Positions 16,976-26,349 of a stretch of DNA of 32,000 bases are shown here, piece after piece. The position numbers were made by a program, and so were the translations under genes. Numbering within the stretch: the first letter of the stretch is position 1; each line of letters starts with the position of its first letter. Below the pieces are notes generated by a model that was given only the letters and a program-made list of their open reading frames with translations, searched no databases and was not told the DNA's origin. Origin of the DNA: Candidatus Thorarchaeota archaeon. Its GTDB lineage: Archaea > Asgardarchaeota > Thorarchaeia > Thorarchaeales > Thorarchaeaceae. The stretch covers positions 120,001 to 152,000 of the forward strand of contig SHMX01000003.1 in NCBI GenBank assembly GCA_008080745.1, in the 5' to 3' direction.

Positions 16976-17635
16976 ATGTCAAAAGGCTCAAAAAAGGATA
17001 AGAAAGAGAAAAAGGAGCTAACCGAGGAGCAACGAAAACGGCTTCTCACGTACGTCCCTGGAGTGGGACCCAAGACAGCTGAGAAGCTTACTGAGGCTGG
17101 TTATGGTGAACTAGATAATCTCAGCGCCGCTGACCCAGAAGCTCTTGCAGAAGCTGTCACGGGTCTAAGCGTGTCTAAGGCAGAAGGTGTGATATCGGAA
17201 GCTGTTGATCTCAAGAAGCTGGTTGATGAAGGAAAATTTGACCCAACATCTCCCAGACGAAGAAGACGTAGAGCTCCCGAGCCAGACCCCGATGTTCATG
17301 AACTTCCTCCAGCTCAGGAAGTTAAAGCTCCTGAAGAGATTACGTCCATTGAAACGGGCCTCGAGGTAGATAACAAGGAGATGGGAATACCCGCAGGGCC
17401 AAAGTGGTTGACCCGCTTTGAAAGAGCAAGAATCGTTGGAGCACGTGCCCTTCAGATATCAATGGGCGCACCAGTACTAGTTGATATGAATACTGCTCCC
17501 AAAGAGGTCTTTGCTTTAGCTGAGGCAGAATTGAAGAATGGAGTGCTTCCCATGACCGTTCGAAGATCGCTCCCTACTGGGGAAACCTTTGATATTCCAT
17601 TAAAAGTTCTATTAGAGAATACGAGGCTGGACTGA
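16976..17635 (+). CDS. rpo6: RNA polymerase subunit Rpo6 (RpoK/RPB6/omega family) with N-terminal helix-hairpin-helix domain
   Basis: C-terminal [25 protein letters not shown]...[18 protein letters not shown] is the Rpo6 signature. N-terminal [20 protein letters not shown] is an HhH motif. Confidence 0.93.
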   Translation: MSKGSKKDKKEKKELTEEQRKRLLTYVPGVGPKTAEKLTEAGYGELDNLSAADPEALAEAVTGLSVSKAEGVISEAVDLKKLVDEGKFDPTSPRRRRRRAPEPDPDVHELPPAQEVKAPEEITSIETGLEVDNKEMGIPAGPKWLTRFERARIVGARALQISMGAPVLVDMNTAPKEVFALAEAELKNGVLPMTVRRSLPTGETFDIPLKVLLENTRLD

Positions 17636-17735
17636 TTCCGGTCTCTTTATCCCTCTATCCAAAGATAATATATCCGTAACAATACTGCTTAAATGTCAGC
17701 AATTACTGATATTTTGGTCCAGACGAAGTGATTGC

Positions 17736-19070
17736 ATGCAAATCTTGTTCCTCAGTCCCGATTTAGTGATTCGAATCATACTCGGTTTTGCAGTGGGTGC
17801 ACTAATCGGATTAGAACGGCAAAAGCGAATGAGAGATGACCACTCTCTGGGAGTACGGTCTTTCGGACTTCATAGCCTACTTGGTTGTCTTGCAGCTTAT
17901 TCATTCATTATCTCTGGAAATCCTTTGGTATTATTTTATGCCACTGCAGTTTCCTTGATAATTTTGGCAGCTCAGATTTCCTACAAGCTCTTCAGGACAA
18001 TGAGAAAGGGAATGACTACCTCCATTGTGTTTGCATTATCTTTTGTACTGGGGGCTTTGGTAGGATTAGATGCACCACCCACACCTCCAAATCTTATTGG
18101 ACCTCTGCAACTTCTAGCTATGACAATTTCATTCATGGTGTTTCTAGTATTGGGATTTAAAGAAGAACTCGCATCAGCAGTTGCAATGGTTGAGAGAGAC
18201 GAGTTAATCAGTGCAGCAGAGCTCGGAGTGATTATTCTCTTTCTTTGGCCTCTGATTCCTCAATCGATAATGATTGGTCCAATAGATTTCCCAGTTTTCC
18301 AGATTTACATTCTTGTTGTAATTCTCTTATCAATCAGTTTTGCAAACTACATTTTAGTTAAAAAGTACAAAGACAAGGGTACATATTTCTTCGGACTGTT
18401 TGGAGGATTTGCAAATAGTGAAGCAACAGTTACCAGTCTTACGGATTTTCATTGTAGAACTGGAAGGAAACATCCAGATAGAATAGCCGTTTCCGCGATG
18501 TTTGCAAATCTTGCAATGGTTATTAGAAATGCAGCTCTTATATTAATCATCGATCCAAGTGTTGCAATTCTCCGATTCTATGCAGTACCCGTTATTATTC
18601 TAATAAGTCTAGGATTCTTTAGGGGATTGCATGTACGGCGTAGCAACATTATAGATTCTGAGGAAGACGAGGAGATCGATACAACCAAAATATCGCCATT
18701 TGAGTTCACAGCAGCACTTAGATTCGCCATTGTCTTTACTGGTGTTTCACTTGTTTCTTTATTGTTACAAGAATTTCTCAGTGATGCAGGTATACTTCTT
18801 GCAGCTATTATTGGAGGATTTGCCTCAGCAGGAGCTGTTGTTGCAGTAGCTGCATTGGCTTATACAAATGGAACAGTCATTCTAGCCACTGCTGTTTTTG
18901 CAGTTATTATAGCCACAACTATGTCTGTTCTAAACAAAATCATCTATGTTTATGCGGCTGATAGAGACCATCTATTGGCAAAGAAAGTAGCCATGGATTC
19001 TCTGACCTTAGCAACAGGAGTTTTGGTTTATATTCTGCTCCTAGCTTCAGGATTAATCCAAATATTCTAA
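17736..19070 (+). CDS. MgtC/SapB-family membrane protein with DUF4010 domain
   Basis: GALIGLERQ and GVRSFGL MgtC motifs, GLFGGFANSEATV DUF4010-type motif, about 13 hydrophobic segments. Confidence 0.88.
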   Translation: MQILFLSPDLVIRIILGFAVGALIGLERQKRMRDDHSLGVRSFGLHSLLGCLAAYSFIISGNPLVLFYATAVSLIILAAQISYKLFRTMRKGMTTSIVFALSFVLGALVGLDAPPTPPNLIGPLQLLAMTISFMVFLVLGFKEELASAVAMVERDELISAAELGVIILFLWPLIPQSIMIGPIDFPVFQIYILVVILLSISFANYILVKKYKDKGTYFFGLFGGFANSEATVTSLTDFHCRTGRKHPDRIAVSAMFANLAMVIRNAALILIIDPSVAILRFYAVPVIILISLGFFRGLHVRRSNIIDSEEDEEIDTTKISPFEFTAALRFAIVFTGVSLVSLLLQEFLSDAGILLAAIIGGFASAGAVVAVAALAYTNGTVILATAVFAVIIATTMSVLNKIIYVYAADRDHLLAKKVAMDSLTLATGVLVYILLLASGLIQIF

Positions 19071-19164
19071 CCTACACAAAAGGACTACAACGAGGGAAAT
19101 ACTTTCGGAATCACCGTTAACTGCTTGTGTAAGTTCTAAAGAAATAGTTCATAAATAAACGATA

Positions 19165-19635
19165 ATGAAGGTATATCAGTTAATAGGTATAATATTGGAG
19201 CGAATATGGTTGACGGAGCAGCATTCAGATCTTATTAGATATGCCCGAGAGTCCATAGATTCAGACAAACATGAGGATGATATGCATCCTTTCTCATTGT
19301 ATGTATGTGAGGTGTGTTTGAAATATACACCCCTCGAAATAACACTCAGATTCAACACCGACCAAGTTTTGTTACCTCTGAATTCCTTCATTGGACATAT
19401 TCAAGGAAAATGCAGTTCATGTGGCAAGACCACTCTGCTTATGAGTAATAGTGATGAAGATGATACGACCAGTAGAATTTTTCCTGTTTGTTCTTGTGGA
19501 AGCAAGCAATTTATTGCAGGCATGTGTGAACGAATTCAGGGAGAGAAAGGTATCCCTGGATTATTCGAAAAGAGAGTAATCGTGGCTAAATGCGCTCGAT
19601 GCTCCAAAATACAGACAATTGCATTCACTGAGTGA
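19165..19635 (+). CDS. Cys-rich putative two-zinc-site protein
   Basis: CEVC, CSSC, CSC and CARC motifs; start uncertain. Confidence 0.65.
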   Translation: MKVYQLIGIILERIWLTEQHSDLIRYARESIDSDKHEDDMHPFSLYVCEVCLKYTPLEITLRFNTDQVLLPLNSFIGHIQGKCSSCGKTTLLMSNSDEDDTTSRIFPVCSCGSKQFIAGMCERIQGEKGIPGLFEKRVIVAKCARCSKIQTIAFTE

Positions 19636-19782
19636 TTTCGTAACATTTATAGTTAAAATGTGAGGGTGAAGTTTTGGTGACAATATGATAGCTGGTGGCT
19701 TAGTTCATCAATTGGAATAAACTGCTTAGTGTTAGTAAGGCTACCCGCACCTGTTACCGGAACGATTTCTGGAGACGATACA

Positions 19783-21093
19783 ATGAGTGAAATGAGAACA
19801 GTACGCGGTATGCGAGACCTGATGGGGTCTGAGATGCGTGTGAAAGATTACCTAGTTCAAACAGTAACAGACGTCTTCCAGCTATTCGGGTACGAATCGC
19901 TCGATTCACCGGTAATGGAATTGTGGGAAACCCTCTCTGCAAAGGGTGGAGAAGATGTGGAAGCAGAGGTTTTCAAGTTCACAGATAAAGGCGACCGTGA
20001 AGTTGGTATGCGTTTTGATTTGACTGTTCCTCTGGCAAGAATAGTATCATCTAATCCACATTTACCTAAACCATTCAAAAGATATGCAATAGGTAAGGCA
20101 TGGAGATATGATAGACCCCAAGCAGGAAGATATCGAGAGTTCATGCAAGCAGATGTAGATGTGATTGGATCTGATAGTCCCGTTGCGGATACTGAGGTTG
20201 TAATGGTAGCACTTGAGGCACTGCGCAGATTGTTGGGGAGTGACTACCAAGTTAGAATCAATAGTCGTAAAGTACTCAAAGGTCTAACTGAACGAGCAGG
20301 TGTTGCTGATGATTTAGCATTCGATTGCTTCAGGGCAATAGATAAGCTCGATAAAATTGGTAGAAATGGAGTATTAGATGAATTGGAAGAACGGGGTATC
20401 GATGATTCCGCGAGTGATTTTCTTCTGGATTCTATTACGCTTCGTGGAAGCGGTAGGACCATCCTTGAGGATTTTATGTCCGTAATGGAAGGTTCGAATG
20501 TTGGAGCACAGGGTGTTCAAGAGCTAATGGTAATGGCAGATATCTTTGATGAATGCGAGGTTGCGAATCAAATCAAATTCGACCTCTCATTAGCAAGAGG
20601 ATTAGATTACTATACAGGACCCGTCTTTGAAGTTGCATACTTGGGAGAACCAGAGGTTGGATCTATCGGTGGTGGAGGAAGATATGACCATCTAATTGGC
20701 AAATTTGGTGGACCCGACACCCCAGCAACAGGAATATCCCTTGGGATCGACCGTTTGCTTGATATATTGCTGGCAAAGAATATAGAAGAAAAGATGGACT
20801 CACCAATCAGTGTGTTCATAGCTCCAATCAAGCAACCAATGGTTAAACACGGAATGAAAATCATGAGGAGTCTTGTCGAGGTAGGAATTCCATGTGAGAT
20901 TGATCTGATGGATCGACCGTTAGGAAAACTTCTAAGTCTTTCAGACGATAGAGGTGCACAGTACACCATCATCGTTGGTAAAAGGGACCTTCAGAAGAAT
21001 GAGGTTTCACTTAGAGATATGACTACTAAGGAAACGGAACAGGTCGATATAGATAATATCGTAACTCGAATGAAGAGTCTTCTGGGCAAATAG
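19783..21093 (+). CDS. hisS: Histidine--tRNA ligase
   Basis: VRGMRD, MRFDLTVP, motif 2 WRYDRPQAGRYREFMQ, LARGLDYYTG, GGGRYD, C-terminal anticodon domain. ATG 19783 with GGAG SD (ORF track 19729). Confidence 0.97.
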   Translation: MSEMRTVRGMRDLMGSEMRVKDYLVQTVTDVFQLFGYESLDSPVMELWETLSAKGGEDVEAEVFKFTDKGDREVGMRFDLTVPLARIVSSNPHLPKPFKRYAIGKAWRYDRPQAGRYREFMQADVDVIGSDSPVADTEVVMVALEALRRLLGSDYQVRINSRKVLKGLTERAGVADDLAFDCFRAIDKLDKIGRNGVLDELEERGIDDSASDFLLDSITLRGSGRTILEDFMSVMEGSNVGAQGVQELMVMADIFDECEVANQIKFDLSLARGLDYYTGPVFEVAYLGEPEVGSIGGGGRYDHLIGKFGGPDTPATGISLGIDRLLDILLAKNIEEKMDSPISVFIAPIKQPMVKHGMKIMRSLVEVGIPCEIDLMDRPLGKLLSLSDDRGAQYTIIVGKRDLQKNEVSLRDMTTKETEQVDIDNIVTRMKSLLGK

Positions 21094-21100
21094 CAGAGAT

Positions 21101-21144
21101 GCGAGGGGTCATCGTACCTACTCGCATTTCCAAAGCCTTTTTTC
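21101..21144 (+). terminator. Bulged hairpin plus T tract after hisS
   Basis: GCGAG-GGGT-CATCGT-ACCT-A-CTCGC (21101-21125), with CCTTTTTTC about 10 nt downstream. Confidence 0.4.
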
Positions 21145-21167
21145 ATAGAGTGTATTATGTATTAAGC

Positions 21168-22004
21168 ATGACACGAATGCCGGTAGTAGCTGGAAGATTC
21201 TATGAAGGGACTGAAGAAACTCTAATGCCTAGATTGAAAGATAGTTTTCTGAAAGGAATGGGCCCCGGAGAGCTTCCTGATGGTCCCCCAGGAGAAAAGA
21301 ATGAAATCAAAGCGCTAATCGCACCTCATGCTGGTTATGTTTATTCTGGAATGACAGCAGCTCATGCTTACCTAGAACTATTCAAAGATAAAGTTCCAGA
21401 ACATTTGGTGATATTGGGTCCAAACCATACTGGCATTGGAAAGACTGTAGCGGTATGTGAAGAGGATTGGAAAACTCCCTTGGGATTAGTTTCATATGAT
21501 ACTGAACTCGGTCCAGCAATAATACAAGAAGACAAGTATGCACAATCTGATTGTATAGCACACAATTCTGAACATTCTATTGAGGTACAATTGCCATTCC
21601 TTCAGTACATATACGGAGGATTGAGCTTCGTGCCGATATGTATGGGTACACAGAAGTATGAGATATGTGAATCACTAGGAAAGACATTAGCAAAATTAAG
21701 CGAAGAAATGGAAATAACTATCATCGCGAGTTCTGATTTTACACATTTCGAATCTGCTGAAAGCGCTAAGAAGAAAGATAATCAAGCAATGGAATATCTT
21801 GAGTTTCTTGATGCAAAAGGATTCCTAGATTTTGTTACAAGTCATAAAGTTAGTATATGTGGTGCTGCACCCATCGCTACTGCCACGGTATTTGCAAAAG
21901 AGATGGGCGCTACACGATTCAATCTGCTCAAGTATACAAATTCAGGAGATGTAACCGGAAACAAGAATGACGTTGTGGCTTATGTAGCAGCAGAGTATAT
22001 CTAA
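21168..22004 (+). CDS. MEMO1-family protein (AmmeMemoRadiSam protein B)
   Basis: PVVAGRFY, PHAGYVYSG, GPNHTG, EHSIEVQLPFLQ, SSDFTH, ICG. ATG 21168 (ORF track 21099). Confidence 0.95.
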   Translation: MTRMPVVAGRFYEGTEETLMPRLKDSFLKGMGPGELPDGPPGEKNEIKALIAPHAGYVYSGMTAAHAYLELFKDKVPEHLVILGPNHTGIGKTVAVCEEDWKTPLGLVSYDTELGPAIIQEDKYAQSDCIAHNSEHSIEVQLPFLQYIYGGLSFVPICMGTQKYEICESLGKTLAKLSEEMEITIIASSDFTHFESAESAKKKDNQAMEYLEFLDAKGFLDFVTSHKVSICGAAPIATATVFAKEMGATRFNLLKYTNSGDVTGNKNDVVAYVAAEYI

Positions 22005-23299
22005 TCCGTAATAGACTCTTCTTCAGTTTCACACATACCCTCCAATTGAACATCTCGTGGTAAACCAATCCCACCTGCAAATGCACCAAAGAAGGAGACC
22101 ATGGCAGCTACACCTAAGGCAGATATTGAATCACCGGATGTATCAAACAAATATCCACCTAATAGAGGTCCAACCACATATGCACTATTACTAATAGCTC
22201 CAAATGCACCCATGACACTGCCATAGACACGCTCATCGCAGAGATCTCCAATGAGAGCTTGAATTGTAGGTCCGCGCATTGAAATTGCAAGACCAAGAAT
22301 CATACCTGCTATATAGAAGCCTGTGAGGTTGGAAGCAATCATGAATAGGTATAGAGACACTCCACCCATAGTAGCTCCAGCCACTATTAGCCATTTTCTT
22401 CCAATTCGATCAGATATCTTACCAAATCCAATGTTACCAATTATAGTAATGACTCCAATAACACCGAAGAAACCTCCAATCTCAATAGGCTCGATGCCAA
22501 ATCTCTGGACAGCATCAAGCATGAAAGCGACCTCAAGAATTCCAAAAGCGAACATATTAGCAAACATAGATACAGTCAATGCAAAGTACGCTTTTGGTTG
22601 AGTCTGGAAAACCTCCAATACAGATATTTCACTGGTTAATGATGGTGTTGCCATCCGCTTAACTGATTGGGGTGGTTCCTTAATGAGAATTTGAATGGCA
22701 ATGACAGTCAGTAGAGTACCAATGGCTGCAATTACGAATGGAAGTCTGATGCCGAGAAATTGAGCCAGTACCCCTCCAAGAGTAGGACCAATTACAAATC
22801 CAACCATGTTTCCCGTACTGAGATAACCCATGGCGGTTCCTCTATTCTCGGGTGTGGTCAAATCAGATACAAATGCATTTGCTGCAGGATAGAACCCTGC
22901 AGAGACCGCTCCTTCAAGAGCCCTGGCACCAATCATAACAAAAATGGTATCGGCCATTGCATAAATCAAATTTGCAATTGCAAATCCCACTAATGCACCA
23001 ATTAGAACAGGTTTTCTTCCTATCCTATCTGACATTCCACCCATTGGACCTGCAAGAAAAATTCTTGTTAGAGCGAAAGATGCTGCAAGCACACCCAACT
23101 CGAAAGCTCCAACCCCTAATGCATCAATGTAATATGGAAAGATTGGAGTGACTATGCCGAAACCAATCTGAAGTAAAGCTAGTGAAAAGGCTAGCATTAA
23201 GACCTGACGAATACCACTTGTAGAAAGTGGAATTTCCTCTGATTCAATAGGAGTTTCCGGTGCGAGTGCAGACTCTTCTATTGTATCATCTGGATCCAT
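22001..23299 (-). CDS. MFS transporter (DHA1/TetA-like)
   Basis: About 12 TM; motif A in both halves (GGMSDRIGRKP, GKISDRIGRKW); GFVIGPTLGG motif C. Confidence 0.93.
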   Translation of the reverse strand: MDPDDTIEESALAPETPIESEEIPLSTSGIRQVLMLAFSLALLQIGFGIVTPIFPYYIDALGVGAFELGVLAASFALTRIFLAGPMGGMSDRIGRKPVLIGALVGFAIANLIYAMADTIFVMIGARALEGAVSAGFYPAANAFVSDLTTPENRGTAMGYLSTGNMVGFVIGPTLGGVLAQFLGIRLPFVIAAIGTLLTVIAIQILIKEPPQSVKRMATPSLTSEISVLEVFQTQPKAYFALTVSMFANMFAFGILEVAFMLDAVQRFGIEPIEIGGFFGVIGVITIIGNIGFGKISDRIGRKWLIVAGATMGGVSLYLFMIASNLTGFYIAGMILGLAISMRGPTIQALIGDLCDERVYGSVMGAFGAISNSAYVVGPLLGGYLFDTSGDSISALGVAAMVSFFGAFAGGIGLPRDVQLEGMCETEEESITD

Positions 23300-23360
23300 A
23301 GGTAAAAACGCCTAAGCAATAGCACTACGATTGCTTTTTCAACCTTATCAAAGAGCTCCG

Positions 23361-23882
23361 TTATCGATTTATAATAACCCTGCTTACACCACTGATTTCT
23401 GTGAGATTTTCTATAATAGCGCCTTTCAAAGGTTCATCTGTAATGACCTTCAAACATGGTTCAGGATAGATCTCCATATCTTCAGCAATTACCTGACGTA
23501 TTGGAATACCATATCCTGCAATGGTTGATGTAACTTCGGAAACGATACCAGGATTTTCAGGAGATTTTACATAAATTGTGATAAAACCATGTCCAAGCAC
23601 TTCACTAACCTTTTCAAGTGATGGACCTGCAGGTTCTATTCGTGAGAAAAATTCGAACAGTTTTTTTGCTTCGCTTGTTCCCGAACAGATATCTTCAGTG
23701 GTAGCGCGAACTGTTCTCCTATCAATATCAAGGGCATCAGCAAGGGACTTCAAAGGGATTTTGACGGAACGGCATTGAATTCTTCCCTTACCTGTAATCT
23801 TGAATCCATGACGAATTATTGCCTGAGCCACTTGTAATCTTTGAGGTGAATCCTTGAAGAATTCCGATATCTCTTCCCACAT
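23361..23882 (-). CDS. HTH plus ACT-domain regulator (archaeal COG2150-like)
   Basis: LADALDIDRRTV HTH-like segment; PGIVSEVTSTIAGYGIPIRQ ACT motif. ATG 23882 with GGTGG SD (ORF track 23948). Confidence 0.85.
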   Translation of the reverse strand: MWEEISEFFKDSPQRLQVAQAIIRHGFKITGKGRIQCRSVKIPLKSLADALDIDRRTVRATTEDICSGTSEAKKLFEFFSRIEPAGPSLEKVSEVLGHGFITIYVKSPENPGIVSEVTSTIAGYGIPIRQVIAEDMEIYPEPCLKVITDEPLKGAIIENLTEISGVSRVIINR

Positions 23883-23971
23883 TATAAATACGCCACCTAA
23901 TTTGAGGATATTTCCATATAGTTGTTCTCCAATATCAACTTTCGGCAAAAAAGAAAATGTTTGAATTATAT

Positions 23972-24502
23972 CTAAACGAGTAGTTTCTCCATTAATACCT
24001 CGTCAATAAATCCGTGATCCATATTGAAATGATCCTTTCGAACCCCCACTGTCCGGTAACCTACAGATTCGTACAGTGCTCTTGCAACCTCATTGTCGTG
24101 AAATGTGCTCAGAATTATCTTGAAGTAACCAATTTGTTTTGCCGCAAATTCTGATGAAACCATAAGTCCGTGACCAACGCCAATATGTCTGAATTCCTTC
24201 ACTACGATTATTCCTAATTTTGCAACATGCTTTGATGCCATCCATTCTTCAGGTTGTAAGGTGAGATGACCTGCATATTCCCCATCCACCTCTGCAATCA
24301 TCAGTATATCTCGTGTACGATAGGTCCTTTGAATCCAGTTAACCCAATCAGCCACTGTTGCGTTAACATGAAATGTTGGAAGCCATTTACCTTCTTCAAC
24401 GACTGCACCAAAACCGTCATAGAGATTTTTTGCGTCCTCGGGTTTAGCATGGCGAACTAATACCGTCCGTCCATCCTTTAGCGAATGTTCCCAAGAACTC
24501 AA
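23972..24502 (-). CDS. GNAT-family N-acetyltransferase
   Basis: LKDGRTVLVRHAKPEDA, LGIIVVKEFRHIGVG motif A, NEVARALYESVGY. Likely TTG 24502 with GAGG SD (ORF track 24577). Confidence 0.88.
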   Translation of the reverse strand: MSSWEHSLKDGRTVLVRHAKPEDAKNLYDGFGAVVEEGKWLPTFHVNATVADWVNWIQRTYRTRDILMIAEVDGEYAGHLTLQPEEWMASKHVAKLGIIVVKEFRHIGVGHGLMVSSEFAAKQIGYFKIILSTFHDNEVARALYESVGYRTVGVRKDHFNMDHGFIDEVLMEKLLV

Positions 24503-24563
24503 TATCTTAACCTCAAAGTGTGAGTCAATGTTCCTAGAAAAAGCGTTGTGGTGTGTAACATTC

Positions 24564-25388
24564 TTATTTGGGGTCAATCAGAGGCAAATCTATTCTGAGT
24601 CCTGGTCGAGGCAGAGAACAGGTATACACTCGATCAAGCTCGACAAATCCCAACTTTGAGTCAATTTCTCGAAATGTTCCTTTGACTTGGAAAACGGCAG
24701 GCTCCAGAGTGACCAAAGAGATAGCTACCCGGAAACCATCTTGAATAATCAGACCTCTTTTTCTTTCTTGATTTCGTATAATTGTAAGGCGATTTTTTGA
24801 AGCAGGATACACACCAAATTCCGGAAATAAACGGGGGTATCCATCAGACCCTATATAGGATATGACCTTCACTGAGTCAACTCGAGTAAACCGTTCATAG
24901 ACATTTAATGGCATATTTCCTTCTTTACTCTTCTTTCGTGGAATTTTCCGTGCAGATAGTCTTGCTCTCAGGTAAGAGGTCAATACTGATAGTTTGGAGA
25001 TTCGATAATTTTCAGAAACTTCTGTTGGTATGGCTGTGCCAGCCATTCGTGCATTTGTATATTGGCTATACCTGAATAGAGGAGTCATGGCAATGAATTC
25101 GTATACTTCATCATTCTTGTGAAATTCGCTAAAATCTGCTTGAATCATCCAATTGTCCAAGTCAGTTGTCATAATAAGTAGCCCTAGTTCGTGATTACCA
25201 TCTTCCAGGTTTCGCTTTGTCTTTTGGGTAAGGAAGTCACCATAGACCAAACGCTTTTCATCATATCGTGTCCAAGTCGTCACAAATGCAACATTTGGTT
25301 CGTTATCATTGGACTTGGTAGCCATAAACTTGGGTGTTTCCAATATCCCTAATGTTTCATCTAGTTTTCGAGGGAATCTATCTACCAC
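24564..25388 (-). CDS. Tandem pyridoxamine-5'-phosphate-oxidase-like (flavin split-barrel) protein
   Basis: Two halves with family-like motifs: KFMATKSNDNEPNVAF...TQKTKRNLEDGN, and KVISYIGSDGYPRLF...FQVKGTF. Likely GTG 25388 with GAGGTG SD, overlapping the activase stop (ORF track 25427). Confidence 0.7.
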   Translation of the reverse strand: MVDRFPRKLDETLGILETPKFMATKSNDNEPNVAFVTTWTRYDEKRLVYGDFLTQKTKRNLEDGNHELGLLIMTTDLDNWMIQADFSEFHKNDEVYEFIAMTPLFRYSQYTNARMAGTAIPTEVSENYRISKLSVLTSYLRARLSARKIPRKKSKEGNMPLNVYERFTRVDSVKVISYIGSDGYPRLFPEFGVYPASKNRLTIIRNQERKRGLIIQDGFRVAISLVTLEPAVFQVKGTFREIDSKLGFVELDRVYTCSLPRPGLRIDLPLIDPK

Positions 25389-26349
25389 AGGTTTCCACCT
25401 CAGTTCTAATTTTTTTAGGTGTATCATTTTGTGTCATTCCGGACCAGACCACATTCTGAAGGCCTACATCTTTTGCGATTGACACGAAACGCTCCATTTC
25501 TTGAGTAGTGATAAGATCGCCATCACTAAGGACAAAGTCAAGACCTAGGACATCATATTTTTCTATGCACATTCGATTGAACGCTAACAGATCAAATCGC
25601 TCAACATTGTTGAGATTATCAAGGATGAAAGAGGCAATTGACTCAATATTATCATCGGTATCGGTATAACCAGGAATAACCGGAGTGCGAATCCACATGG
25701 GAACATTTTCAGATGCAATCAGCCGAGCATTTTCCAGTATTCTTTCCAAATTTCCTCCAGTATATTCACGATGCTTTTCTTCATCCATCACTTTCAAATC
25801 AAATAGTACCAAATCAATATGAGGGAGGATTCGTTCTAACACATCAGAAGAATAATACCCACAAGTGTCTAATGCCACATGAATGCCACAATTCTGCAAC
25901 GAAGATGCCAGACTAATACTAAAATCGGCTTGAAAGAGTGCCTCACCTCCAGAAAGAGTAACTCCACCATTTGATGTTTCAAAGAATACTTGGTCTTTGC
26001 TAAGCTCTTTCACTAGATTCTGTACAGACCATCGTTCGCCAAAAAATCTCAATGCAGTCGTAGGGCAGATATCAACACAAGTTCCACAAATCTTACATTT
26101 CTCTTTTGATATCTCCATCCCATTTGGAGAGAGCGTGAGTGCCCGTTCTGGACACTTCTCGATACAGGCTTTATCACCAATACATTTCTGTTCATACCAC
26201 ACTAGTTGTATTTCTTTTGGGATGGTTTCTGGATTTTGGCACCAGATACAGCTTAGTGGACACCCCTTCAGAAATGCGGTGGTTCTAATCCCAGGACCAT
26301 CCTCTGTTGAAAATCTTTGGATATTAGTGACAATTCCTGTTAGTGTCAT
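25378..26349 (-). CDS. Glycyl-radical enzyme activating enzyme (radical SAM) with ferredoxin-like insert
   Basis: IQRFSTEDGPGIRTTAFLKGCPLSCIWCQNPE (CxxxCxxC), two ferredoxin-type motifs, GGVTLSGGE, DTCG, RTPVIPG. Confidence 0.96.
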   Translation of the reverse strand: MTLTGIVTNIQRFSTEDGPGIRTTAFLKGCPLSCIWCQNPETIPKEIQLVWYEQKCIGDKACIEKCPERALTLSPNGMEISKEKCKICGTCVDICPTTALRFFGERWSVQNLVKELSKDQVFFETSNGGVTLSGGEALFQADFSISLASSLQNCGIHVALDTCGYYSSDVLERILPHIDLVLFDLKVMDEEKHREYTGGNLERILENARLIASENVPMWIRTPVIPGYTDTDDNIESIASFILDNLNNVERFDLLAFNRMCIEKYDVLGLDFVLSDGDLITTQEMERFVSIAKDVGLQNVVWSGMTQNDTPKKIRTEVETCGR

